From Thermoanaerobaculia bacterium (GTDB lineage: Bacteria > Acidobacteriota > Thermoanaerobaculia > UBA5066): a DNA stretch of 64,000 bases. The stretch's first letter is position 1. Each line of letters begins with the position of its first letter. A program made the position numbers and the translations under genes. Shown here piece after piece: positions 31,650-41,427 of this stretch. The notes beneath the pieces are model-generated. The model did not search any database. It saw nothing but the letters and a program-made list of their open reading frames with translations, and was not told where the DNA came from. The stretch is from positions 1,536,001 to 1,600,000 of the forward strand of contig CAVRAY010000001.1 in assembly GCA_963719225.1 (NCBI GenBank), in the 5' to 3' direction.

Positions 31650-32681
31650 GTGGCCTCCTTCTCCGTCGCGGAAATCGCCGCCGCCTGCGGCGGGCGTGTC
31701 GTCGGAGACGGAGAGTCGAGAGTTTCCGGCGTTCGCTCGCTCGAGGGGGCAGGCGAAGACGCGCTCTCTTTCGTGAGCGACGAGCAGGCCCTGAAGCGCG
31801 CGGCCGCTTCCAGGGCCGGGGCCCTCCTCGCGCGGTCGGCCTCCGCTTTCGAGGGCCGCACCGTCGTGGAGGTTCCGGACCCCTCGGCAGCCCTCATTCT
31901 CGTGCTGCGCCTGTTCCATCCGGCGCGGCTTCCGCGGCCGGGCATTCACGCGACCGCCGTCGTCGACGCCGGCACGTTCGTCGACCCGTCCGCGGAAATC
32001 GGGCCGTACGCGGTCGTCGGAGACCTTTCCCGCGTCGAGGCGAACGCGATCGTGGGCGCCCACACCGTCATCGGGGAACGATGCCGCGTGGGAGCGGGTT
32101 CGTGGCTGCACCCCCACGTCGTCCTCTACGACGACGTCGTTCTCGGCGAGCGCGTCGAGGTCCACAGCGGCGCCGTCCTCGGCGCGGACGGTTTCGGATA
32201 CGCGACGACGGAGAAGGGCCTCGTGAAGATCCCTCAGGTCGGAGGCGTCACGATCAGCGACGACGTCGAGATCGGCGCGAACACGTGCGTCGACCGCGCG
32301 GCTCTCGAGACGACGTCCATCGGCGCGGGCACGAAGATCGACGACCTCGTCATGGTGGGGCACAACGTGCGCGTCGGCTCGCACGACGTCCTCTGCGCGC
32401 AAGTGGGGGTCGCGGGCTCGGCCGTCATCGGCGACGGCGTCATCCTCGGCGGGCAGGTCGGCGTCGCGGGCCACCTCAAGGTCGGCAACGGCGTCAAGGT
32501 ACAGGCCCAGAGCGGTATCGGGGCGGACGTGCCGGACGGCGAAGCGCTCCACGGGAGCCCTGCGTTCTCGTATCGCGATTACCAGAAGTCGCACATCGAG
32601 TTCCGCCGCCTGCCGGAGACGGCGCGTCTCGTGCGCGGCCTGGCCAGGAAATCTGGTCTCCTCAAGGGGGCAGGGGAATGA
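31650..32681 (+). CDS. lpxD: UDP-3-O-acylglucosamine N-acyltransferase
   Basis: GADGFGY, KIPQVGGV, IGANTCVDR, KIDDLVMVGHN; hexapeptide repeats. Confidence 0.95.
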   Translation: MASFSVAEIAAACGGRVVGDGESRVSGVRSLEGAGEDALSFVSDEQALKRAAASRAGALLARSASAFEGRTVVEVPDPSAALILVLRLFHPARLPRPGIHATAVVDAGTFVDPSAEIGPYAVVGDLSRVEANAIVGAHTVIGERCRVGAGSWLHPHVVLYDDVVLGERVEVHSGAVLGADGFGYATTEKGLVKIPQVGGVTISDDVEIGANTCVDRAALETTSIGAGTKIDDLVMVGHNVRVGSHDVLCAQVGVAGSAVIGDGVILGGQVGVAGHLKVGNGVKVQAQSGIGADVPDGEALHGSPAFSYRDYQKSHIEFRRLPETARLVRGLARKSGLLKGAGE

Positions 32682-33154
32682 GCGAGCAGAGCTCGGGGAG
32701 GAACATCCTGGAGATCATGCGGCTCCTGCCGCACCGATACCCCTTTCTGCTCGTGGACCGCATCGTCTCGATGTCCGAAGGCCCCGTGGTGGTGGGCTCG
32801 AAAGTCACCGGCCTCAAGAACGTCTCGGTCAACGAACCGTTCTTTCAGGGTCACTTTCCCGGGAATCCGGTCATGCCCGGAGTTCTCATCCTCGAGTGCA
32901 TGGCTCAGGTCGGCGGCTGCCTCTTCTTCACGGGAGTGGACGAGCCTGAAAAGACGCTCATGTACCTCTCGGGCGTCGACAAGGCGCGCTTCAGGCGGCC
33001 GGTGTTCCCGGGCGACCAGCTGGTCGTCGACGCGGAGATCGTGCAGATCCGCTCCAACATCGTGCGTATGAAGGGGGAGGCCCGCGTGGACGGCGCTCTG
33101 TGCGCGGAGGGCGAGTTCATGAGCAGCCTCGTGACGCTCCCTTCGGGACGCTGA
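32678..33154 (+). CDS. fabZ: 3-hydroxyacyl-ACP dehydratase
   Basis: LPHRYPFLLVDR, FFQGHFPGNPVMPGVLILE. Confidence 0.96.
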   Translation: MSEQSSGRNILEIMRLLPHRYPFLLVDRIVSMSEGPVVVGSKVTGLKNVSVNEPFFQGHFPGNPVMPGVLILECMAQVGGCLFFTGVDEPEKTLMYLSGVDKARFRRPVFPGDQLVVDAEIVQIRSNIVRMKGEARVDGALCAEGEFMSSLVTLPSGR

Positions 33155-33933
33155 TGGCCATCCACGTCACCGCCGTCGTCGACCCGGAGGCTTCCGTGCA
33201 CGAGGCCGCCGAGATCGGCCCCTACGCGATCGTCGGAGCGCGAGTCACGATCGGCGCCCGCACGGTCGTGGGCGCCCACGCCGTGATCGAAGGGCCGACG
33301 ACGCTCGGGGAGGGGAACCGCGTCTCTGCCCTGGCCGCTCTCGGAGGTCCCCCGCAGGACCTCAAGTACAAAGGGGAGCCCACGACCCTCGTGATCGGCA
33401 ACCGCAACACGTTTCGCGAGTTCTGCACGGTCCATCGGGGGACGATGACCGGGCACGGCACCACGATCATCGGGGACGACAACCTGTTCATGGCGTATTC
33501 ACACGTGGCTCACGACTGCGTCGTCGGAAACCGGACCGTCTTCGCGAACGGCGCCTCGCTCGCGGGCCACTGCGCCGTCGGGGACGACGCCGTCCTCGGG
33601 GCTTTCGCGGGCGTCCGGCAGTTCCTGAGGATCGGCCCGCACGCCTTCATCGGGGCGTTCGCCGGCTTGAACCACGACGTCCTGCCGTTTCTCTGGACGT
33701 CCTCGGATCGCGACGTGAGAGCCTGGAAGGTGAACAGCGTCGGACTGGAACGGAAGGGGTTCTCGAAAGAGCGCGTGGCCGCCCTCCAGAAGGCCTACCG
33801 CGTCCTGCACAAGCATCGCCACGACCGCAGCGCCATGATGGCGGCGCTCGAGCCGCTGGCCCGCTCCTCGGACGACGTGAAGGCGCTCCGCGAGTTCATC
33901 GGCAGCTCGGAGCAGGGAATTCACGGGGCGTAA
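33154..33933 (+). CDS. lpxA: UDP-N-acetylglucosamine O-acyltransferase
   Basis: PQDLKYKGE, REFCTVHRGT, MAYSHVAHDC, NSVGLERKGF. Confidence 0.95.
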   Translation: MAIHVTAVVDPEASVHEAAEIGPYAIVGARVTIGARTVVGAHAVIEGPTTLGEGNRVSALAALGGPPQDLKYKGEPTTLVIGNRNTFREFCTVHRGTMTGHGTTIIGDDNLFMAYSHVAHDCVVGNRTVFANGASLAGHCAVGDDAVLGAFAGVRQFLRIGPHAFIGAFAGLNHDVLPFLWTSSDRDVRAWKVNSVGLERKGFSKERVAALQKAYRVLHKHRHDRSAMMAALEPLARSSDDVKALREFIGSSEQGIHGA

Positions 33934-34077
33934 GAGAAGAGTTTCTTGGAAAGAGGAAGAGGGCACGGGGGATTATTCTTGGAAGGGTGAGTGAAGCCGC
34001 GGCGGCACGACAGGCTCCGGCGCACTGAGGCGGCGACCCGTTCATGACCCTTTCGAAGAAATCTTTATCTTTCTCTT
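33932..34077. repeat. Cluster of three dispersed motif copies between lpxA and the aminotransferase
   Basis: Plus GAGAAGAGTTTCTTGGAAAGAGGAAGAGGG; plus GATTATTCTTGGAAGGGTGAG; minus AAGAGAAAGATAAAGATTTCTTCGAAAGGG. Confidence 0.75.
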
Positions 34078-35367
34078 GATGACCTGCGAAAGCCTACGGA
34101 TCCCTTCGTCAATGACGTCCGGCGGCGCGTAGGAGAAGTTGAGCCGCATGGTCTCCTCGCCGCCGCCGCACGGGTAGAAGGCCGCGCCCGGGACGAAGGC
34201 GACGTTTTCCCGGATCGCCTCGTCGAGGAGCGCCGCGGTGTCGAATCCCTTCGGCAGCGTGGCCCACAGGAACAGGCCTCCCTGCGGCCGCGTCCAGCGG
34301 ACGCCGCGCGGAGCGTGACGCGCGAGGGAGGAGAGCATCGCGTCCCGGCGCTCGCCGTAGACCTTCCGGATGCGGCGGACGTGCCGGTCCAGGAATCCCC
34401 CTCTCGCGACCTCGTACGCCACGTACTGGCAGAAGGTCGAGGAATGGAGGTCCGCGCCCTGCTTGATCTGGACGAGCTTCGAGATCACGGCCTCGGGCGC
34501 CACGACCCAAGCCATCCTCAGGCCGGGTGCGAGAGTCTTGGAGAGCGTCGACATGTAGAGCACGTTGCCGGTGAAGGCTTTCTCACCGTTTCCGCAGCCG
34601 TGGAGCTCGGCGTCGAGCTTCACGAGCGACGGAAGGTGCTCGCCCTCGTACCGTAGCTGCCCGTACGGATCGTCCTCGACGATCGGGATGCCGTAGTGCG
34701 CCGCCCTCTCGACGACGTGGCGGCGCCGGGCGAGGCTCAACGTGACGCCGGCGGGATTCTGGAAGTTGGGTAGCACGTACAGGAACTTCGGACCGGCGCG
34801 CAGCTGGGTTTCGAGGACGCCGAGGTCGAGGCCTTCGTCGTCGATCGGCACCGGCAGGTACTCGGCCTGGTACGCGTTGAAGGCCTGGAGGGCCCCGAGG
34901 TACGTCGGCGCCTCGGTGAGCACCTGATCGCCGGGATTGATGAGGAGCTTGCCCACGAGATCGAGAGCCTGCTGCGAGCCGGACGTGATGAGGAGGTTCT
35001 CCGGCCTGACGACGACCCCGTAGCGCGCCATGTGGCGGACGAGGAGCTCGCGGAGGGGCCGGTAGCCTTCGGTCGTCGTGTACTGGAGGGCCGTCGTGCC
35101 GTGCTCGGTCAGGACGCGGTCCGTCGCCGCACGGATCTCCTCGACCGGGAAAACCTCGGGCGCCGGCAGCCCTCCGGCGAAGGAGATGATGTCGGGCTTT
35201 TCGGTGAGCTTCAGGAGCTCGCGGATCATGGAGGCCTTGATGCGCTGCGTGCGCTGCGCGAAACGTTGATTCCACGAGGTTTCCGGGGCGGGAGCGGCCG
35301 GGCGCGCGATGGTCCCGTCCGCGATCAGACTGCCGAGGAGAGGTTCCTCCTCCGAGACGATCGACAT
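34042..35367 (-). CDS. PLP-dependent aminotransferase (LysN/ARO8-like, class I/II)
   Basis: SMIRELLK, ISFAGGLP, PNFQNPAG, EDDPY, TLSKTLAPGLR, RLNFS. Confidence 0.92.
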   Translation of the reverse strand: MSIVSEEEPLLGSLIADGTIARPAAPAPETSWNQRFAQRTQRIKASMIRELLKLTEKPDIISFAGGLPAPEVFPVEEIRAATDRVLTEHGTTALQYTTTEGYRPLRELLVRHMARYGVVVRPENLLITSGSQQALDLVGKLLINPGDQVLTEAPTYLGALQAFNAYQAEYLPVPIDDEGLDLGVLETQLRAGPKFLYVLPNFQNPAGVTLSLARRRHVVERAAHYGIPIVEDDPYGQLRYEGEHLPSLVKLDAELHGCGNGEKAFTGNVLYMSTLSKTLAPGLRMAWVVAPEAVISKLVQIKQGADLHSSTFCQYVAYEVARGGFLDRHVRRIRKVYGERRDAMLSSLARHAPRGVRWTRPQGGLFLWATLPKGFDTAALLDEAIRENVAFVPGAAFYPCGGGEETMRLNFSYAPPDVIDEGIRRLSQVIKRKIKISSKGS

Positions 35368-35477
35368 GGACACACCCCCAAGGCAAGCGTCGGGCCGGAG
35401 GCGTCCGGCCGCCATGATGCGGGCTGATCAGGGCAAAAAACGCTCCGTGGACTCATGGCCGAAGGAAGTCACAAGAA

Positions 35478-35492
35478 GAGTCTGATAGACTC
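35478..35492. promoter_or_regulatory. Palindromic operator overlapping the vapBC -10 element
   Basis: GAGTCT-GAT-AGACTC perfect inverted repeat overlapping TAGACT, immediately before the antitoxin start. Confidence 0.6.
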
Positions 35493-35498
35493 ATGGCG

Positions 35499-35750
35499 AT
35501 GAGTAAGCGCCTTCAGGTCCTTCTCGACGAGCCCGAAATCCGCGAGATCCAGCGCGCCGCGCGCGCGAAGCGCATGACCGTGGCGGAGTGGGTGCGTGGT
35601 GCCCTTCGAGACGCGCGCCGGAAGGAGCCGCTCGGCGATGTTGCGGACAAGCTCGCAGCGATCCGACGGGCGGCCCGCCATCAGGGCCCGACCGCGGACA
35701 TCGGCCAGATGCTCGCTGAGATCGAGAAGGGATACGAATCGGGCGAGTGA
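35499..35750 (+). CDS. Antitoxin, ribbon-helix-helix (CopG/VapB-like); alternative start 35493
   Basis: [11 protein letters not shown]...[18 protein letters not shown]; GTGA overlap with the PIN toxin. Confidence 0.85.
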   Translation: MSKRLQVLLDEPEIREIQRAARAKRMTVAEWVRGALRDARRKEPLGDVADKLAAIRRAARHQGPTADIGQMLAEIEKGYESGE

Positions 35751-36142
35751 TCTTCGTCGATTCGAACGTCCCGATGTACCTCGTCGGGTCTGCACATCCC
35801 CACAAGGTCGACGCACAGAGGCTGCTCGAGCAGCTCATCTCTGAAAGGCGTCGCCTCGTGACGAACGTGGAGGTCCTGCAGGAGATCCTCCACCGCTACG
35901 TGTCCATCGACAGGCGGGACATGATTCAACTGGCCTTCGATGCCCTCCTGGCTGTCGTCGACGAGGTGTTTTCCGTTCAGGCCTCGACCGTTGGCCTCGC
36001 GAAGGCGATCGTCCTCGCCCGCCGGAAACTGTCGGCGCGTGACGCGCTGCACCTCGCCGTCATGGAAGAGCAGGGCGTGAGCGAGATCCTGACTTTCGAC
36101 GCGGGGTTCGACGGATACCCCGGCGTCACGCGACTTCGCTGA
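35747..36142 (+). CDS. vapC: PIN-domain toxin (VapC family)
   Basis: [29 protein letters not shown]. Confidence 0.92.
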   Translation: MIFVDSNVPMYLVGSAHPHKVDAQRLLEQLISERRRLVTNVEVLQEILHRYVSIDRRDMIQLAFDALLAVVDEVFSVQASTVGLAKAIVLARRKLSARDALHLAVMEEQGVSEILTFDAGFDGYPGVTRLR

Positions 36143-36374
36143 GCGTCGATACACGCCAAGAAGAACGGGAATTTCTTCGAGGGTGAGCGCGTCCGCCGCC
36201 GTGCTCAAAAGTAGCAACGGGGCGGAGCGGCACGTCGCCCGAGCAACCCCCGAACGTCCGTGCAGGGTACGGCGAGCGCCACGGGCTCGTAGTCACGAAC
36301 CGTCCCCTGCCGCTGTCGTCCGGAGACGGCACAAAAGGCTGCGCGAACAGGAGGACCGCGACTAGGAAGATCGT

Positions 36375-38465
36375 CTACTCCTCGACGACCTCCACCTTGC
36401 GGTGCTTCGCGTGCTCGGCGATGAGCTTTTCCTGGAGGGGGCGCGGGACCTCCTCGTAGTGGTCCATCTCCATGTGGAACGAGCCGCGCCCCTGGGTGAT
36501 CGCGCGCAGGATGGACCCGTACGAGATCATCTCGGCGAGAGGCGCCTCGGCGCGGATGATCGAGTCGTCGCCCTCCTGGTCCATGCCCGCCGGCCGGCCG
36601 CGGCGCGACGTGAGGTCACCCATGAGATCGCCCATGTATTCCTGCGGCGCGCGGATCGCGATCCTCATGATCGGCTCGAGGATGGTCGGCTTCGCCCTCT
36701 CCATGGCGTCCTTGTAAGCCAGCGATCCCGCGATCTTGAACGCCATCTCCGACGAGTCGACGTCGTGGTACTGCCCGTCGTACAGCTCGACCCGGAAGTC
36801 CACCATCGGGAAGCCGGCGAGGAAGCCGCGCTTGCGCACGTCCTGGATGCCTTTTTCGACTGCCGGCACGTAGTTACGCGGGATCGAGCCGCCGTAGAGG
36901 TCGTCCACGAACTCGAAATCCGTGCCGCGGGCGAGCGGCTTGATGCGGATCTTGCAGTCCGCGAACTGGCCGTGCCCGCCCGTCTGCTTCTTGTGCCGGC
37001 CGTGCCCCTCGGCCGGCCGCGTGATCGTCTCGCGGTACGGGACCTTCGGCGGGTGGAGGATGACCTCGACGCCGCTCTTTCTCCTCATGCGCGCGACCGC
37101 GATCTCGACGTGCAGCTGTCCGGCGCCCGCGAGCAGGAACTCGTGCGTGTCGGCGTCCCGCGAGAAGCGGAGGGACGGGTCCTCCTCGATGAGCTTGTGG
37201 AGAGCGACCGAGATCTTGTCCTCGTCCCCCTTCGACTTCGGCTCGATCGCGAAGGCGATCGCGGGCTCCGGAATCGACGCCGGCGGGAAGAGGAACGGCT
37301 TTTCCTTCGTGGAGAGGGAATCGCCCGTGAGGGTCTCCTTGAGCTTGGCGACGCCGCCGACGTCGCCCGCCGGGATCTCTGGGACCGTCTGCATCGCCTT
37401 CCCGAGGGGGGCGAAGACGGGGCCGAAGCGCTCCGCCGTCTCGCGCGTGGCATTCCAGTAGGTGCCGTCGCTCTTGAACGTGCCCGAGACGACCCGGAAG
37501 AGCGTCAGGCGCCCGGCGTACGGATCGGAGATCGTCTTGAAGACGAAGGCCGCCGCGGGGCCGGACGCGTCGGCGGCGAGGGCTTCGCTCTGCCCGGCCT
37601 TGTTCCTGGCGACGGTCTGGAAGGAATCGGCCGTCGGCAGCAGATCCACGATCTCGTCGAGGAGCTTTTCGACCCCGGTCTCGTGTTCGCCGCTGGCGGC
37701 GAAGAGAACCGGAGTGATCTTGCGGTCGCGAATGGCCTTCACGAGGGCGGGCTTCATCTGCTCCTCGGAGAGGTTGCCCTGGGCGAAGAACGTCTCCATG
37801 AGCTTGTCGTCACCCTCGGCGACCATCTCGACGAGCGACTCGTGCAGCGTCGCGGCATCCTTCGCGAACTCTTCGGGGATGGGGCCCGGCGCCGTCTTGC
37901 CCCCGGCGTCGGTCAGGTAGCCCTCCATGGCCACGAGGTCGATGACGCCGCGAAAGGACTTCTCGCGCCCGATCGGGGCTTCGAGGCAGACGCAGGTGCG
38001 GCCGAACTTGCGGGAAAGCTGCTCCATGACGCGGCCGCCGTCCGCGTTCTCGCGGTCCATCCGGTTGACGACCACGAGGCGGGGGAGGCCGAGCTCGTCG
38101 CAAAGCTTCCAGGCTTTCTCCGTCTGGACCTCGACGCCCGCGACGGCGTCCACGACGAGAAGCGCGGCATCCGCGGCTTTGAGGCCGCAGATCATCTCGG
38201 AGACGAAGATCCCGTATCCCGGCGTGTCGATGAGGTTGACCTTCTTCTTCTTCCACTCGAGCGACCCGACCGCGAGCGAGATCGAGATCTTCCGCTCGAC
38301 CTCCTCCGCGTCGAAATCGGTCGGCGCATTGCCGTCCTCGACGCGCCCGAACCTCTGCGTCGCGCCCGCTTCGTGCAGGAGCGCGGAGACGAGCGTCGTC
38401 TTGCCGACGCCATTGTGGCCGACGACGGCGACGTTGTGGACGGCGGAAGCGGGATAAACCTTCAT
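36375..38465 (-). CDS. fusA: Elongation factor G paralog (EF-G2-like; not in an rpsL/rpsG context)
   Basis: GHNGVGKTT, DTPGY, NRMD, HKKQTGGHGQF, YHDVDSSEMAFK, ILEPIM. Confidence 0.9.
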   Translation of the reverse strand: MKVYPASAVHNVAVVGHNGVGKTTLVSALLHEAGATQRFGRVEDGNAPTDFDAEEVERKISISLAVGSLEWKKKKVNLIDTPGYGIFVSEMICGLKAADAALLVVDAVAGVEVQTEKAWKLCDELGLPRLVVVNRMDRENADGGRVMEQLSRKFGRTCVCLEAPIGREKSFRGVIDLVAMEGYLTDAGGKTAPGPIPEEFAKDAATLHESLVEMVAEGDDKLMETFFAQGNLSEEQMKPALVKAIRDRKITPVLFAASGEHETGVEKLLDEIVDLLPTADSFQTVARNKAGQSEALAADASGPAAAFVFKTISDPYAGRLTLFRVVSGTFKSDGTYWNATRETAERFGPVFAPLGKAMQTVPEIPAGDVGGVAKLKETLTGDSLSTKEKPFLFPPASIPEPAIAFAIEPKSKGDEDKISVALHKLIEEDPSLRFSRDADTHEFLLAGAGQLHVEIAVARMRRKSGVEVILHPPKVPYRETITRPAEGHGRHKKQTGGHGQFADCKIRIKPLARGTDFEFVDDLYGGSIPRNYVPAVEKGIQDVRKRGFLAGFPMVDFRVELYDGQYHDVDSSEMAFKIAGSLAYKDAMERAKPTILEPIMRIAIRAPQEYMGDLMGDLTSRRGRPAGMDQEGDDSIIRAEAPLAEMISYGSILRAITQGRGSFHMEMDHYEEVPRPLQEKLIAEHAKHRKVEVVEE

Positions 38466-38635
38466 TCGGAGGTCCTCCGGAGTTTCGTTTCGGGGCGGGG
38501 ATTATAGGCGCGGCTGTTCAGGCGCAGCAGCTTCTTTTCGCCGGCCGGAGACTGCACAGGAAGAGGACACGGCGATTGCGCGGCTCTCCAGGGCCGCTTG
38601 CCGCGCGGCTGTTAGAATTTCGGGGATTCCGGGTC

Positions 38636-41425
38636 ATGCCCCGGATGGCCTGCGTGATCGTACGCAGGTACGGAGGTCGTCTGCCGCCCGAACCGGGACC
38701 GTCCAGTCTGCCCAGGAAATTCGCGCGCTACGAAGTGGAGCGCGAGCTGGGAAAGGGTGCGATGGGCGTCGTCTTTCTCGGGCGCGATCCCGTCATCGGC
38801 CGGCGCGTCGCGCTGAAGACGATCCGGGCGAACGGCGAGGACGATTCGGAAACGCGGGAGTTCACGGAGCGTTTCCTCCGCGAGGCGCAGGCGGCGGGGA
38901 CGCTCTCCCACCCGAATATCGTCACGATCCACGACGTCGGCGAGGAAGTCGAGACCGGGACGTCCTTCATCGCGATGGAGTACGTCGAGGGGAAGAACCT
39001 CAAACAGCTCCTGAAGGACAAGGTCTCTTTTTCGTACGACCGGATCGCCGAGATCGTCATCTCGGTCGCGGACGCGCTCGACTACGCCCACCGTCGCGGG
39101 ATCGTGCACCGTGACGTGAAGCCGGCGAACATCATCCTCACGACCGACGGGACCGTGAAGATCACGGACTTCGGAATCGCGAAGATGGAGAGCTCGAGCC
39201 TCACGGCCACCGGACAGTTTCTTGGAACGCCGAACTACATGTCGCCCGAGCAGGTCACCGGCGAGATCGTGGACGGGCGCAGCGACCTGTTCTCTCTCGG
39301 CGTGGTCCTGTACGAGCTCCTCACGAAGAAGAAGCCGTTCGCCGGGGACAACCTCACGTCGATCTCCTACAAGATCGTGCACGAGGAGTATCCGCCGCCG
39401 CAGACGTACGACGCCACGATCCCGGCCGAGTTCAACCCGATCCTCGCACGCGCGCTCGCGAAGGACCCGGCCGCCCGATTCCAGAGCGGAAGGGACTTCG
39501 TGCGGGCCCTCTCCGAGTTCCGGGCCCGGCACGCCGAGATGGAGATGCTGAAGGACCTGGGCGAGATGGTGGCCCAGGCCGAGCGGCTGGGCTCCGTGTC
39601 GGCCGTCGAGTCCAAGGAAAGCCTCCCGTCGACCCAGGAGACGATCAAGCCCGCGACGGGAGCCATGCCCTCGCGTCCCGGCGGCATTGGGCCTTTCGGC
39701 GGCGGAAACACGACGCTGGAGGATCTCGCCCGCCGCGGCCGAAGCGATCTCGACCCCTCGCTGGCCGCGATTCCGCCGCGTTCGCTCAGCAAGGAAACGT
39801 CGATTCCCGACTGGAGCCTGGACACCGACTCTCTGAAGCGGAATTCGGTGAACGAGCGGGACGAAGCCGCCGGTCCTCACGAGCCTCCGCCGTCCTCCCC
39901 CGGGACGCTCGTCTCCGACGTGAAGCGCGGCGTCAAGCCCGCGACCGAGAAAGACAGCGAAGCGGTCAAGGTCCCGGAGACTCCCCCCGAGGTGCCGCCC
40001 CGTCCGCCGGAACCCGTGCTTCCCGCGAACGATCCTCTCTCACAGGTGACGGAGAGGATTCAGACGATTCGCCCTCCGGCGGTCCCCCCGCCGCCCGCGG
40101 CTCCTCCGAGAGATTCCGCTCGGGAGAGCGCTTCGCTGATGCCGCCTCCCGCGGTCACCGCGGTGCCCCCTCCGCCCGCCAGGAACCCTGCGCCGCTCCG
40201 GACGTTCGCGCCACCCATTGCGCCCGTGACTCCGCCGAGCGGCGTTCCCCGGATCCCCAAAGCGGCGCGGGACATCACGGGGCCGATCCAGCCCATTCGA
40301 CCCGTGGGAAGCACGTCGGCGTCTCCATCCCGGTCGCCCGCCGGCCGTCCCGCCGGCGCTCCCGGACGTCCGCCGGGCCGGGACATCACGGGTCCGATCA
40401 CGGGCCCTGTCCCGACGTTATCGCCGCGCCCCGGAACGCCGGTGGCCGGCGCCCTGAGCCTCGGCGGCCAGCCTCTGTCGGAGCGCGTGCCGGAAGCCCT
40501 CAAGCGCGAGGTGAGTCGGCGATTCGTGTACCTCATCGTCGGTGGCGCCGTGCTGCTGGCGCTCGTCGTCGTCGGGGCGCTCCTCCAGCGGAGCTGCGCG
40601 ATCGCGGGCAAGACTCCCGACCTGACTTCGGAACGCGACACGCTCGCGCGGAAGAGGCTTCTCGAGGACGGCAACCGGGCGCTGGCGCAGGGCCGACCGG
40701 CGGAGGCGCGGACCGCTTTCCTCGAGCTCCTGCGGCAGGCTCCCGATTCCGTTGCTGCGCGCGCGGCGCTCGAGAAAGCGGACGCGGCGCTCGCGAAGAA
40801 GGAGGATCAGGACCGTCGCATCGCGGAAGCCGGCGCGCGCCTCGCGGTCGCCCGGGAGGCCCTCGCCGCGAAGGATTTCGCCCGCGTCGTCGTGGAAGCG
40901 GACACGGTCCTGGCTCTCATCCCCGGCAATGCCGAAGCGCAGGAGCTCAAGGCCGCCGCTCAGGCGGAGGTCGCGAAGCAGGGGCGCTCGGCGCAGAAGA
41001 AATCAGCGGAGCAGCTTCGCGCTCTGAGGTCCGCGTCGAAGCCCACGGTCGCGCCGACGGCTGCTCCCGAGCCGGTCGCGGCAGCGCCGCAGGTCGAGGC
41101 GACGCCGATTCCGAAGCCGACGCCGGCTCGCGCCCGACTGCGCATCGCCGTCACCGTACCGGCCCCGCAGGGCTACGTGATGCTGCGCCGCAACGACGTG
41201 GAGGTCTTCCGACGCTCCTTCGACTTCGGCCGAAAGTCCGGCGGCGGGAGCTTCGACGGCGAGATCGATCTGCCGACCGGACAGGCCGAGTTCAAGGCCT
41301 GGGTCATCGCAACGGATCGCAGCGTCAACCAGTACAAAGTCTTCACGTTCACGCTCTCGGGCGACGGCCGCACCCTCGCGCTCGACGTGGATGCCTCGAA
41401 GAGCCTCATCATCAAGCTGCGATAG
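38636..41425 (+). CDS. Membrane Ser/Thr protein kinase with long Pro-rich linker, TM segment and TPR-like C-terminus (start uncertain)
   Basis: GKGAMG, VALK, HRDVKPAN, DFG, GTPNYMSPEQ; TM segment FVYLIVGGAVLLALVVVGALL. Confidence 0.92.
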   Translation: MPRMACVIVRRYGGRLPPEPGPSSLPRKFARYEVERELGKGAMGVVFLGRDPVIGRRVALKTIRANGEDDSETREFTERFLREAQAAGTLSHPNIVTIHDVGEEVETGTSFIAMEYVEGKNLKQLLKDKVSFSYDRIAEIVISVADALDYAHRRGIVHRDVKPANIILTTDGTVKITDFGIAKMESSSLTATGQFLGTPNYMSPEQVTGEIVDGRSDLFSLGVVLYELLTKKKPFAGDNLTSISYKIVHEEYPPPQTYDATIPAEFNPILARALAKDPAARFQSGRDFVRALSEFRARHAEMEMLKDLGEMVAQAERLGSVSAVESKESLPSTQETIKPATGAMPSRPGGIGPFGGGNTTLEDLARRGRSDLDPSLAAIPPRSLSKETSIPDWSLDTDSLKRNSVNERDEAAGPHEPPPSSPGTLVSDVKRGVKPATEKDSEAVKVPETPPEVPPRPPEPVLPANDPLSQVTERIQTIRPPAVPPPPAAPPRDSARESASLMPPPAVTAVPPPPARNPAPLRTFAPPIAPVTPPSGVPRIPKAARDITGPIQPIRPVGSTSASPSRSPAGRPAGAPGRPPGRDITGPITGPVPTLSPRPGTPVAGALSLGGQPLSERVPEALKREVSRRFVYLIVGGAVLLALVVVGALLQRSCAIAGKTPDLTSERDTLARKRLLEDGNRALAQGRPAEARTAFLELLRQAPDSVAARAALEKADAALAKKEDQDRRIAEAGARLAVAREALAAKDFARVVVEADTVLALIPGNAEAQELKAAAQAEVAKQGRSAQKKSAEQLRALRSASKPTVAPTAAPEPVAAAPQVEATPIPKPTPARARLRIAVTVPAPQGYVMLRRNDVEVFRRSFDFGRKSGGGSFDGEIDLPTGQAEFKAWVIATDRSVNQYKVFTFTLSGDGRTLALDVDASKSLIIKLR

Positions 41426-41427
41426 GC

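Noticed and set aside
36143-36374. 230-bp intergenic region as an ncRNA or riboswitch
   Set aside because: It lies between convergent genes, and I recognised no RNA family; only one dispersed-motif copy was noted.
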